Below are positions 8,347 through 17,977 of a stretch of DNA of 64,000 nucleotides, piece by piece. Numbering within the stretch: position 1 is the stretch's first letter; each line of letters starts with the position of its first letter. A program made the position numbers and the translations under genes. Location: NCBI GenBank assembly GCA_964250945.1, contig CAXUIB010000001.1, positions 264 through 64,263 of the forward strand, written 5' to 3'. Below the pieces are notes generated by a model. It worked only from the letters and a program-made list of their open reading frames with translations. It searched no databases and was not told the DNA's origin. The DNA comes from an uncultured Acidobacteriaceae bacterium (lineage in GTDB: Bacteria; Acidobacteriota; Terriglobia; Terriglobales; Acidobacteriaceae).

Positions 8347-10038
8347 ATGGCACTTCCGCTTCACGAAATCGCGATGGAGACCGGCAGCGAAGAGCTTGTG
8401 CGCATGACGCTGCTCGAAGGCGGCGCCGCTCCCGCGCTCGTGGAAGCCCTGATTCCCAACCGCCCGCTCGAAGCCGGTGAGCAGTATCGCTTTCACTTCG
8501 ACATGACGAAGTGCATCGGCTGCCGCTCCTGCGAGGTAGCCTGCAACGAGCAGAACGGAAATCCGGCCGACATCAAGTGGCGCCGCGTGGGCGAGCTCGA
8601 AGGCGGCACATGGCCCGACACGCAGCGCACTTATCTTTCGATGGGATGTAACCACTGCCTTTCGGCCGACTGCCTTAAAGGCTGCCCCGTGAACGCCTAT
8701 ACCAAGGACCCGCTCACCGGCATCGTCCTGCACTCGGCCGACGCCTGCATAGGCTGCCAGTACTGCGTCTGGAACTGTCCGTACTCGGTCCCGCAGTTCA
8801 ACCCCGAGCGCGGCGTCGTCGGCAAGTGCGACATGTGCCGCGGCCGCCTGCTTGAAGGTCTCGAGCCCGCCTGCGTCAACGCCTGCCCGGAAAACGCGAT
8901 CCAGATCGAGATCGTCAACAAGATCGAATGGCGCGAAAACTTTGCCGGCGCCGACTCCCCCGGCCTCCCGCCTGCAGGACAAACTATCTCCACCACCCGC
9001 CTCACGCTTCCGGAACGTTCCTCCGCCTGGCTTGAGCGGGTCGACACGGGCGACATTCCGCTGGAGCACGCGCACCCCTCTCTGGTGCTGATGACCACGG
9101 CCATGCAGGCCACCTTTGGCACACTCACCGCGCTTGCCCTGGGGCGTGCGCTCGACACGGTCAGCATCACTCTTCTGGCCGCGCTCACCGCCTGCGCCCT
9201 GAACATCTCGGTGTTTCATCTGGGCCGCCCTGCCTATGCCTGGCGCGCGCTCAAGATGTGGCGGCGCTCCTGGCTTAGCCGCGAAGTCCTTTGCTTTACG
9301 CTCTTTTTTGCCGCCATCGGCGTCTGCTGCGTGGCTACCTGGGCCGCCGCGCTCACGACCTTGCACCGATCGGGCGCCGGAGGTGTCGGCTCGGAGCACA
9401 AGCTCAACCACCTTCTGGGCGCCGCCTCGCTCGCGCATCTCGGCGGCGCAGTACGCGCAGTTGGGGCGCTCACCCGCCCCGCCGCCTATGCCGCCATCTT
9501 TTTCGGACTTTGCGGCACCTTTGCCAGCGCCTACATCTACCTCGTTCGCGCGCGCCCCTCGTGGAACATGCTCCACACCCCCATCGACTTCCTGCTCTCC
9601 GCCGGCCTGCTCGGCACCGCGATGGCGTCCGCCATGCAGCAGCCCGCCACCGCTTTGGCCGAGTTCGCCCTCCGCTCCGGTCTCGACCTCCATCCCATGC
9701 CGTTGCTCGCCGACGCCCGTCCCTCTGCCGTCCTCGCGTTGCTTTGGATCGCCAACCAGGCGACGCGTCTGTTTCGGCTTCGCGCCTCGGAAAACTTCGA
9801 AACGCGCGCCTGTTACAACCATCTCCGTGGCGAAGCGCTCTGGTGGATTGTCGCGCTTTCCTGGCTCGCCGCGCTGGCGACGCCGCTGTTTCTCTATGCG
9901 CCGTTGCCTTTGCTGGCGCTCGCGACCTCCCTCGCCGCCGTGATGCTCGGCCGATATCTTTTCTTCGTCTCGGTCGTTCCGCTGAGCATGGGACTGACCT
10001 TTCTCAAGCATCGTCCCGCCCCCGGAGCGCACGCATGA
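8347..10038 (+). CDS. Fused 4x[4Fe-4S] (DmsB-like) + DmsC/NrfD-like membrane anchor subunit
   Basis: CIGCRSCEVAC, CNHC...CLKGCP, CIGCQYCVWNCP, KCDMC...CVNACP, followed by a multi-TM domain with HLGRP...SWLSRE and GRYLFF. Confidence 0.85.
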   Translation: MALPLHEIAMETGSEELVRMTLLEGGAAPALVEALIPNRPLEAGEQYRFHFDMTKCIGCRSCEVACNEQNGNPADIKWRRVGELEGGTWPDTQRTYLSMGCNHCLSADCLKGCPVNAYTKDPLTGIVLHSADACIGCQYCVWNCPYSVPQFNPERGVVGKCDMCRGRLLEGLEPACVNACPENAIQIEIVNKIEWRENFAGADSPGLPPAGQTISTTRLTLPERSSAWLERVDTGDIPLEHAHPSLVLMTTAMQATFGTLTALALGRALDTVSITLLAALTACALNISVFHLGRPAYAWRALKMWRRSWLSREVLCFTLFFAAIGVCCVATWAAALTTLHRSGAGGVGSEHKLNHLLGAASLAHLGGAVRAVGALTRPAAYAAIFFGLCGTFASAYIYLVRARPSWNMLHTPIDFLLSAGLLGTAMASAMQQPATALAEFALRSGLDLHPMPLLADARPSAVLALLWIANQATRLFRLRASENFETRACYNHLRGEALWWIVALSWLAALATPLFLYAPLPLLALATSLAAVMLGRYLFFVSVVPLSMGLTFLKHRPAPGAHA

Positions 10039-12314
10039 AGCGCCTCTTCCGACCTTCCACCGTCGACAGCATGCCCGGCCCCGGGGTCGCCGACACCCCT
10101 TCGACCTCGGCGGCGCCAGCTTCGCTCCTCGATCGCCTCAAGCGCCTTGCCGGCATCGACACCAACCAGCGCAAGTACGCTTACGCGATCGATCCGCGGT
10201 TCGGCTACATCTCCGAATCGCGCATCGCCGACACCTGGACCAAGACCACCTGCGGGTACTGCTCGGTAGGCTGCGGCATGCTGATCGGCACAAGGGACGG
10301 CGAGCCCGTCGCGGCGCGCGGCAACCCCGATCATCCGGTGAACCGCGGCAAGCTCTGCCCCAAGGGCCTCTCCGAACACCACGTCCTCGGCGCCCCAGGC
10401 CGCGCCACCACGCCCCTGCTCCGGGTGGGCGGCCGCGGCACGCCACTGGTCCCTGTCAGATGGGAGACCGCGCTGGACGTCATGGTGGAAAGGATAGCCG
10501 CGCTGCAAGGCCGGCACGGCCGGGAAACCCTCGGCGTCATCGGCACAGGCCAGCTGCTCACCGAAGAGTTCTACACCCTCGGCAAACTCGTGCAGATCGG
10601 ATTTCGCTCCCCCAACTACGACGGCAACACCACCCTCTGCATGGCTTCCGCCGTCTCCGGATATAAGCTCAGCTTCGGCTCCGACGGACCTCCGGGTTCC
10701 TACGCCGACATGGAGTCCGCGGATGTGCTTCTGCTGGTCGGCTCCAACATCGCCGACAACCACCCCATCCTCTGCAACCGCGTGCACAAGAAGCCCGGCC
10801 AGGTGCTCATCGTTGCCGACCCGCGTGTCACCAAGACCGCGATGATGGCCGACATCCACCTGCCGGTCAAGCCGCGCTCGGACATCGCGCTGCTCAACGG
10901 CATTGCGCACATCCTGCTTCGCGACGGCCTCTTCGACCGCGCTTATGTAGACGCCCACACCGAAGCCTTCGACGACTTTGTCAGCTTTGTCGCCGACTAC
11001 ACTCCCGAGCGCGTCGCCGAAACCACCGGCCTCGCCCCCGCCCTGATCGAGCGCGTCGCCCACCTCTACGGCGAGGCCAAGGCCGGCTTTATCGGCTGGA
11101 CCATGGGCGTGAATCACTCGACCCAAGGGGCGGTCACCGTCGCCGCCATCAACAACCTTGCCATGCTGACCGGCAACATCGGCCGCCCCGGCGGCTCGCC
11201 CTTCTCGATCACCGGCCAATGCAACGCCATGGGCACCCGCGAAAGCGGCTTCACGTCGTCCATGCCCGGCTACCGCAAGTTCGAGGACCCCACCGCCCGC
11301 CAGGAACTGGCCGACCTGTGGGGCCTCAGTCCCGACCGCCTGCCCACCGAGCGCGGTCTCGCCTACCCCGACATTATCGAAGCCGCCGTCGCTGGCCGCG
11401 TCAAAGCGCTCTGGTTTGTCGCCACCAACCCCGTTGTCAGCTTTCCCAACTTCGATCTGCTCACCCAGGCGCTCCGCACCGCGGAATTTGTCGTCGTGCA
11501 GGACGGCTTCCACCCCACGCCCACCGCCGATTTTGCCGACCTCGTCCTTCCCGCCGCCATCTGGGGCGAAAAGGAAGGGACCTACACCAACTCCGAGCGG
11601 CGCATCAGCAAGGTCAACGCCTTCAGCACGCCGCCCGGCGAAGCACGCTCCGACTTCGACATCTTTCTCGCCCTGGCCGAACGTCTCGGCACCGGCGCCG
11701 GCGGTCGAAGCGTCAAGGACGAACTCTTTCCTGGCTGGACGAGCACGCACGACGCCTGGCTCGAGTGGCAGCGCGTCTCCGCCGGCCGCCTCTGCGACTA
11801 TTCGACCTTCACCTGGGGGCAGATCGAAGACGAGGGTGGCGTCCAGTGGGGCGGCGACCGTCTCTACGCGGACGGCCTCTTTCCCCGGAGCAACGGTCGC
11901 GCCCTGTTCCATTGCGTTCCCTGCCTGCCGTTTGAGGAACAGCCGGACCGGGAGTACGACCTGATTCTCAACACCGGCCGCACCGTCGAGCACTGGCACA
12001 CCCGCACCAAAACCGGCGGTATCCCCATGCTGCACGGCATGGCGCCCAATGCCTGGCTGGAGATGAACCCGGCAGACGCCGATCGTCTGGCGCTGCGGCC
12101 GCATGACCGCGTCACCGTCGTTTCGCGCCGCAACTCCGTTCCGGACCTCGAGCTGCGCGTCACCAACATCATCGCTCCCGGGCAGGTCTTTATGCCGTTT
12201 CACTTCGCGGAGCACAACTCCAATCTCGTCACGTTGGGGGCCTTCGATCCCATCAGCCGCGAGCCCAACTTCAAGCAGTGTGCCGTGCGCGTCGAGCGCA
12301 GCGGCCATGCCTGA
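10035..12314 (+). CDS. nasA: Molybdopterin nitrate reductase catalytic subunit (Nas/Nap type)
   Basis: CGYCSVGC...LCPKG Fe-S motif, LCMASA Mo ligand, TGQCNAMG, EKEGTYTNSERR, EPNFKQCAV; ATGA overlap with the upstream stop. Confidence 0.88.
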   Translation: MKRLFRPSTVDSMPGPGVADTPSTSAAPASLLDRLKRLAGIDTNQRKYAYAIDPRFGYISESRIADTWTKTTCGYCSVGCGMLIGTRDGEPVAARGNPDHPVNRGKLCPKGLSEHHVLGAPGRATTPLLRVGGRGTPLVPVRWETALDVMVERIAALQGRHGRETLGVIGTGQLLTEEFYTLGKLVQIGFRSPNYDGNTTLCMASAVSGYKLSFGSDGPPGSYADMESADVLLLVGSNIADNHPILCNRVHKKPGQVLIVADPRVTKTAMMADIHLPVKPRSDIALLNGIAHILLRDGLFDRAYVDAHTEAFDDFVSFVADYTPERVAETTGLAPALIERVAHLYGEAKAGFIGWTMGVNHSTQGAVTVAAINNLAMLTGNIGRPGGSPFSITGQCNAMGTRESGFTSSMPGYRKFEDPTARQELADLWGLSPDRLPTERGLAYPDIIEAAVAGRVKALWFVATNPVVSFPNFDLLTQALRTAEFVVVQDGFHPTPTADFADLVLPAAIWGEKEGTYTNSERRISKVNAFSTPPGEARSDFDIFLALAERLGTGAGGRSVKDELFPGWTSTHDAWLEWQRVSAGRLCDYSTFTWGQIEDEGGVQWGGDRLYADGLFPRSNGRALFHCVPCLPFEEQPDREYDLILNTGRTVEHWHTRTKTGGIPMLHGMAPNAWLEMNPADADRLALRPHDRVTVVSRRNSVPDLELRVTNIIAPGQVFMPFHFAEHNSNLVTLGAFDPISREPNFKQCAVRVERSGHA

Positions 12315-12414
12315 TCCCGCAACACGCTGCGCCCCCGTCCGCCGCAGCCGTTACCACCCGAGCGCACCCTGACGTTCGCTCGCGAGCACAGCACGCCGCA
12401 GGTTTTTGTTCGGC

Positions 12415-12528
12415 TAAAGCAGATCTCCTGTAGGTGTACACCGAAACACAGATGCTCCGGCCGTTTTCCCTAAGGAAACGGCGCTGCAAACACTGTATCC
12501 GGCTCACAGCAACAGGAGAAATGCTCTA
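12415..12528 (+). mobile_element. MITE-like element, copy E (diverged)
   Basis: TAAAGCAGATCTCCTGT...ACAGGAGAAATGCTCTA ends; colinear with copies B/C. Confidence 0.65.
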
Positions 12529-12569
12529 GACACGCTGTTCAACGACTTCCTTCCAGGAGTGTTCTTCCC

Positions 12570-13841
12570 ATGGCGAATGCCAAGATGTTTCTCAAGTCCG
12601 GCCACCCCGCGACTTTGTTTGCGTCCTTCCTCTACTTCGACTTCAGCTTCGCCATCTGGGTGCTCAACGGCGCCATGGCCCCTTTCATCACCGAGCAATA
12701 CCACCTTTCGCCCGCGCAAATCGGCCTGATGGTCTCCGTGCCCACGCTTGCCGGCGCCCTTATGCGATTTCCGCTCGGCGTACTGAGCCAGTACATCGGC
12801 CGCAAAAACGCCGCGATCGTCGAAATGACTGCCATCTGCATCGCGCTCATGTATGGCTTCCTTTTCGTCCACAGCTTCTCGGATGTGCTCGCCATGGGTG
12901 TTCTGCTCGGCATCGCCGGCGCCAGCTTCGGGGTCGCGCTTTCGCTCGGCTCCGGCTGGTTTCCCAAGGAGTACAAGGGGCTTGCCATGGGCATCGCCGG
13001 CGCCGGCAACAGCGGAACGGCTATTGCCGCCTTTTTTGCCCCGCGTCTCGCCCGCGCGCACGGCTGGCACACGGTCTACGGCATCGCTGCCATCTGCATG
13101 CTGCTGCCGCTGGTTGTGATGATCTTCTTTGCCAAGGAGCCGCCGGATCGCGAGCACCAGACCCTGCGTCAACACCTGGCTCCGCTCGCCGAAAAAGACG
13201 GTTGGTCCTTCAACCTCGTCTATGTCATCACCTTTGGCGGATTCATCGGTCTGGCCACCTTCCTCCCCACCCTGTTTGTCAGCCAGTTTCACATCACCAA
13301 GACGGAGGCCGGCACCTTCACCATGATGGCCACGCTGCTCGGCAGTCTCACCCGCATCGTCGGCGGCTGGTTTTCTGATCGCATCGGCGGTGTTACCACG
13401 CTTTCGGTCGTGCTCCTTGTCGCCGTCGCCGGCCTCTTCGGTCTGACCCTCAACCCTTCCCTGGCCTTTACGGTCTCCATGTTCATGGTCTGCTTCGCCG
13501 CATTCGGCGCAGGCAACGGCGCCTTGTTTCAGCTGGTGCCGCTGCGTTGGCCGCTGACCACCGCCGTCGCAGGCAGCATGATCGGCGAGATCGGTGCTTT
13601 GGGCGGATCTATCCTGCCGAACGTTCTGGGTCAGAGCAAGCAGCACACAGGCTCGTTCGCCACCGGGTTCATGCTGTACGCTCTGTTTGCCATCGCAATC
13701 CTGGTCATGCTGCGCGTCGTCAGCAGGGTTTGGACGAAACGTTGGGTCGGCGCTGGAGGGCGCGCGCTCCCTTCCAAGACCCCGGCCGCAATCGCACTGA
13801 CCAACCCGGTCGTCCCGGATGAAAGCCTTGCTACCTCCTGA
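12570..13841 (+). CDS. narK: NarK/NNP family nitrate/nitrite MFS transporter
   Basis: GHPATLFASFLYFD, GIAGASF, WFP...GLAMGIAGAGNSG, TFGGFIG, GAGNGALFQLVP nitrate signatures. Confidence 0.9.
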   Translation: MANAKMFLKSGHPATLFASFLYFDFSFAIWVLNGAMAPFITEQYHLSPAQIGLMVSVPTLAGALMRFPLGVLSQYIGRKNAAIVEMTAICIALMYGFLFVHSFSDVLAMGVLLGIAGASFGVALSLGSGWFPKEYKGLAMGIAGAGNSGTAIAAFFAPRLARAHGWHTVYGIAAICMLLPLVVMIFFAKEPPDREHQTLRQHLAPLAEKDGWSFNLVYVITFGGFIGLATFLPTLFVSQFHITKTEAGTFTMMATLLGSLTRIVGGWFSDRIGGVTTLSVVLLVAVAGLFGLTLNPSLAFTVSMFMVCFAAFGAGNGALFQLVPLRWPLTTAVAGSMIGEIGALGGSILPNVLGQSKQHTGSFATGFMLYALFAIAILVMLRVVSRVWTKRWVGAGGRALPSKTPAAIALTNPVVPDESLATS

Positions 13842-13899
13842 TACCGGAACGAAATCGACAACAATGAAGAAGTCCCCCGCTCGGGCGTTCGGAAGATCG

Positions 13900-14014
13900 A
13901 AAAGCGGTTCTCCTGTAGGTGTATAGCGAGAACACAGCTCTCATGGCCGTTTTCCTCAATGAAAACGGCACTCCCACGCTCTATCCGACTCACAGGGACA
14001 GGAGAACCGCTCTA
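13900..14014 (+). mobile_element. MITE-like element, copy B
   Basis: AGCGGTTCTCCTGT...ACAGGAGAACCGCT inverted termini; near-identical to copy C. Confidence 0.8.
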
Positions 14015-14062
14015 AAAGGTCAGCATCCCTGTTGTCGATCGCACGCGCTCCCAAGCGGCGAA

Positions 14063-14096
14063 AAGCTGCCGACGCTACGCGGTGCGTCGGCAGCTT
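14063..14096. terminator. Stem-loop between convergent narK and SDR genes
   Basis: Perfect 13-bp stem AAGCTGCCGACGC / GCGTCGGCAGCTT, 8-nt loop; short U-run on the minus strand. Confidence 0.6.
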
Positions 14097-14159
14097 CGCT
14101 GATGTATCCGGACCGGCGGCTCCTTTCGGAGCTTCGCCCGGGCCTGGCGCAAGCGTATT

Positions 14160-15167
14160 CTATGCGCTCCTCGATCTTTGAAACAGGGTCGCGCCGATGC
14201 CGATGGCGGCAAAGGCTCCGAGTGCAAACCATTGCCGATGCAGGGATAGATAGACTTCCGCGCTTGAGTTCTTGGACCGGTCTACAAATTTCCCTCGGGC
14301 ACTGTGAGCGCCGGGAACAAAGTTGTAGAGATTGTCCGGCACCTCTGGATTGCGCGGTTCGTCTGAGATCTGCTGCGACTTGTACCCCGTTTTGCCGAGG
14401 TACCAATCGAGCAGTCCCGGAATAATCTTGTTTCCCACGATCGCTTCGACTGTCGAGCTCCCGACCCAATACTCCCGCCGTGGGCGTTTCGCGAATCCAG
14501 CGGCGACGACCACCTCGGCCGAGACTTCGGGTTCAAAGATGGGAGGCACGGGTTGGGTGTTTTTCGGCATGCGGTTCTTTACCCAGTTGAACTGCGTAGT
14601 GTTCATCGCCGGCATCTCCACGACGGTGATGTTGACCTTGCTGCGATCGTGGATAAGTTCGCAGCGCAGGGAATCGGTGAAGCCGATGATGGCATGTTTG
14701 CAGGCACAATAGGCCGACTGCAGAGGGATCGAACGGTAGGCGAGAGCCGACCCTATCTGGATGATGGTTCCGCGGTTGCGCGGCAGCATACGGCGCAACG
14801 CCGAAAGCGTACCGTGCACGAAGCCGAGGTAGAGGACATCGGTGACGCGCTTGTAATCCGATGCCTCCATCTCCTTTACGGGCGAGAACACGCTGACCAT
14901 GGCGTCATTGATCCAGATATCGATGGGTCCAAGTTCCTCTTCGACCCGACTTGCCGCGCGATCGACAGCATCTGCATCGGAGACGTCGGTTGGAACGAAG
15001 ATCGCTTGGCCGCCGAGTTCTTCGCACTCGCGCTTTGCCGCGGCCAGAGCCTCGGGGTTGCGAGCCAGAAGGCCGAGTTTGGCGCCTCGTTTTGCGTAGG
15101 CATGGGCAATGGCCCGACCCAGACCTGCGGATGCACCTGTGATGACGACGACCGGTGATGATTTCAT
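14160..15167 (-). CDS. SDR family oxidoreductase
   Basis: TGASAGLG, YCACK catalytic YxxxK; GGAGG precedes ATG 15167. Confidence 0.9.
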   Translation of the reverse strand: MKSSPVVVITGASAGLGRAIAHAYAKRGAKLGLLARNPEALAAAKRECEELGGQAIFVPTDVSDADAVDRAASRVEEELGPIDIWINDAMVSVFSPVKEMEASDYKRVTDVLYLGFVHGTLSALRRMLPRNRGTIIQIGSALAYRSIPLQSAYCACKHAIIGFTDSLRCELIHDRSKVNITVVEMPAMNTTQFNWVKNRMPKNTQPVPPIFEPEVSAEVVVAAGFAKRPRREYWVGSSTVEAIVGNKIIPGLLDWYLGKTGYKSQQISDEPRNPEVPDNLYNFVPGAHSARGKFVDRSKNSSAEVYLSLHRQWFALGAFAAIGIGATLFQRSRSA

Positions 15168-15228
15168 GCTTGCCTCCATGTGCGTGTGGAAAGTTTTGGG
15201 TTGAGGTTTCTCTGCTCCGCCGCTTGCG

Positions 15229-17628
15229 CTATTCGGCGGTTACAAGGTAGTCCTTGCCTTCCCATCGATTCTCGTTTTTCCAGAAGAAGGTCCATCGGAC
15301 TTCGGTTCCTTTGGATAAGGCGAGGCCGTCAAGATCGACATAGCTGATGTTCAAGGAGTTCTGCGTAGACTCGGTGTTCTGTACGGTCGTCCAGCCATCC
15401 ACCGACCAGTGCAGAAGGAACGGCGCCTGACCGTGAATGCGCAGGGTCTCGGTCGACTTCATAAAGCGCATGTGTCGGTTCGGCTTCCACACTGCCCATT
15501 GCTTTCGCTTCCGTTTCTTCCCCAGGTAGCGTTCCGCGACCTCGGGAAGGAAGTCGTACACTTTGCCGTCCTGCGTGGAACGAAGCAGCTTGATGTATTC
15601 GGCATGGGCCCACATCAGCGGCATGGCCGAGCCTGTGGGTCGACCGCAAAACATATAGACCTCCGGCTGATCGGGTTGATCCCAGGCCTGTTCCGGAAGC
15701 AGGCCCGTCTTCGAGGCCAGGTTCTCCATGGAGCGAAGGCACACCTCGGTGCTGTGACCGGCAGCCAGCTCGTAATGTCCGCGTTCTCCGGTAAGCAGAG
15801 GCCAGACGCGACCGATGCCGGACTTTATGAACGGCGCGCCATCCTTGCCCTGCCCATACCCGTCATGGTTGTAGCGATGCCATGTGGGACCGGACGGCGT
15901 ATCCACTTTCAATACCTGGTCGATAACCTTGAGCGTAGCCAGAATAAGAGGATCGTTGGGAGAGCGGATTCCGTAGCGGACAAGCCCGAGAAAACCTCCG
16001 TCGACGATATTTCTGGCCGGGAAGTCGCTTTGCTCGTCGGGCGCGTGATTGGCGATGTGCAGAACCCGTTCTTCCTTGTCTTCGGCGGGGTGTTCTTGAC
16101 CGACTTTTTCCGGAAGAATGCGCATGTAGTACTTCGAGATTCCGTCCACAAGCGAGCCGGTCGTCGTCATCGTCCACGCTTCGATGTGGGCTTCAAGGTA
16201 ATCCGCGTACGATTCCATGAACGTCGCGGCCTCGGCATCGCCTTCCTCACGGAGCAGGTGCGACGCGCAGATGAGGGCGGCGATGGTGCAGGCGAGAGTG
16301 GAAGGGGAGTAGCCGGAAGCTTCTTCCCAACGCTCCTCCTGGGTTACAGGACCGTTGCGAATAAGATAGGCCGCGGCTTGGCGCACCATAGGACGCGGAT
16401 CGAAGTCGCCCAAAGCCGCTTCACGATGGAGGTGCCAGGCCAGAAGGATGGGGAAAGCCACTTCATCCAGTTGAATACCGCTCCAGTAGGTTTTTCCGTC
16501 GACCCAGAAGTTTTGTGCGAAGCCGCCATCCGCATGCTGCGCGACGGCAAGGTAGATCAGCGCGCGGAGGGGCGTCTCTTTGTCCCCGGCCGCCAGCAGA
16601 GCCGTCGCGCTCATGACCATGTCACGAGTCCATACCAGATGGTAGCCACCCGCGTCCTTGTCTCCCTTCGCCTCTCCCCATGGGATGGCAAGTGACGCCA
16701 CCAACGCACCGGGAAAGGCCTTGTCCTCATGAGCCAGCAACAGGTTGTAGCTGCTTTGATAAAGCCGGCCGCCGTCGGAGGAGAACTTTTGCAAAGGATT
16801 GCGATGAGCCGTACCCTCGGTCCACTGATCTTTGAACCTGGCGAGAGATACCTCAAAGGGTTCCCCAAAGGCTTGAAGCAGATTCGCTATGGCCCGGTGC
16901 TCACTGTTGCCGAAGGCGAGCCCAAGCGTGAACTCGCGTGTTTTGGAAAGATCCAACTCCCCGGTCAACGCGATGTTGCCGTCTGACGCAGAATCGAACT
17001 CCCAATCCATCTTGAAGTCCTCGTGCAGGTCGGTCCAGCCGTCACTGATGCCAACGAAGCCGCAAGAGAGATGCGCAAAGGGCACCGTTGCACCCATCGC
17101 CATCCACGTGCCCCCCTTGTGCGCCATCAGGATGCGGTGCCCATTGGCGACCACAACATAGCCGTTGTTTCCGGCTCCACCGACCTCGAGGTGCGGCGCG
17201 CAAAGAGCGTACATCTTTAGGCTTGCAACAAAGGCCTCGTCCTTGCCGGTAAGTTTGGTGCGTATCAGAAGGCAGGACAGACGGGGATCGGAGATCATCT
17301 CCTTGGTGATGACATAGCGGCCTTGCTTATCCGCGTTTTCACAATAAAATCCAAGTGCATCGTCGGCAACGCGCTTCAGGGTTGTGTCCAGATCCCGTTT
17401 TTCTTCATGGAAAAATGTCCGGCCATCTGTAATTAGAAACTGGAGATCGCGCAGCTGAGGCCGATCGGTCCTGGGGTAGTACACTTCGGTGACGATACCC
17501 TGCCAGATGGTGAACCATAGCCGGCTGGACAAAGCGAATGCCGTGCCGATGCCGGCCTTGTTGCTGTGGGTCCAACACGGCGCTATGCCCGGCTTTCCGA
17601 AAGCTTCACCGCCAACGACAGGTTGCAT
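15229..17628 (-). CDS. GH15 glucoamylase / glucodextranase-like
   Basis: GIVTEVYYP, LVASLAIPWG, YHLVWTRD, QLDE, QEERWEE, WHRYNHDGYG, LLPEQAW, PLMWAHAEY. Confidence 0.88.
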   Translation of the reverse strand: MQPVVGGEAFGKPGIAPCWTHSNKAGIGTAFALSSRLWFTIWQGIVTEVYYPRTDRPQLRDLQFLITDGRTFFHEEKRDLDTTLKRVADDALGFYCENADKQGRYVITKEMISDPRLSCLLIRTKLTGKDEAFVASLKMYALCAPHLEVGGAGNNGYVVVANGHRILMAHKGGTWMAMGATVPFAHLSCGFVGISDGWTDLHEDFKMDWEFDSASDGNIALTGELDLSKTREFTLGLAFGNSEHRAIANLLQAFGEPFEVSLARFKDQWTEGTAHRNPLQKFSSDGGRLYQSSYNLLLAHEDKAFPGALVASLAIPWGEAKGDKDAGGYHLVWTRDMVMSATALLAAGDKETPLRALIYLAVAQHADGGFAQNFWVDGKTYWSGIQLDEVAFPILLAWHLHREAALGDFDPRPMVRQAAAYLIRNGPVTQEERWEEASGYSPSTLACTIAALICASHLLREEGDAEAATFMESYADYLEAHIEAWTMTTTGSLVDGISKYYMRILPEKVGQEHPAEDKEERVLHIANHAPDEQSDFPARNIVDGGFLGLVRYGIRSPNDPLILATLKVIDQVLKVDTPSGPTWHRYNHDGYGQGKDGAPFIKSGIGRVWPLLTGERGHYELAAGHSTEVCLRSMENLASKTGLLPEQAWDQPDQPEVYMFCGRPTGSAMPLMWAHAEYIKLLRSTQDGKVYDFLPEVAERYLGKKRKRKQWAVWKPNRHMRFMKSTETLRIHGQAPFLLHWSVDGWTTVQNTESTQNSLNISYVDLDGLALSKGTEVRWTFFWKNENRWEGKDYLVTAE

Positions 17629-17977
17629 GGAATACCCCGTTTCAGCTCCTGAGATCAGGAAGTCATGGTAGAGTTTGCGATCTCTCGATCCGCAAATCTG
17701 TGCAGTTTTGCTCAGTACGCTCGGTCTTTGCTCGAGCCAGAACGGCGGAGAGCAGGGAAGCAGGCAGGACACGGAACGTTATCCAGATGCGACAGCCCGA
17801 AGCAGGGACGCAGACACTTGCTTGCCGACAATGCAAACTCATTTCGCTTCCAATGCGCTTTTATTTCACACGGGTTCCGTTGCATCCTAGATCGAACGCC
17901 GGCAAAACGTTTTTGTGAAGATCGACCAAGGCCGAAAGCTCGATACGATTCCACTGTCTTGATGCGCGGGAGACCGA

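Noticed and set aside
9291-10034. N-terminal extension of the 1007-aa nitrate reductase ORF
   Set aside because: Overlaps the anchor gene out of frame with low-complexity Arg-rich sequence; ATGA coupling marks 10035.
13919-14014. Recurring peptide MYSE..LMAVFPNENGTPTLYPTHRDRRTAL (and antisense MSRIECGSAVF) as a microprotein family
   Set aside because: It is the translation of the repeat; frameshifted in copy D, disrupted in E, and there is no shared stop.
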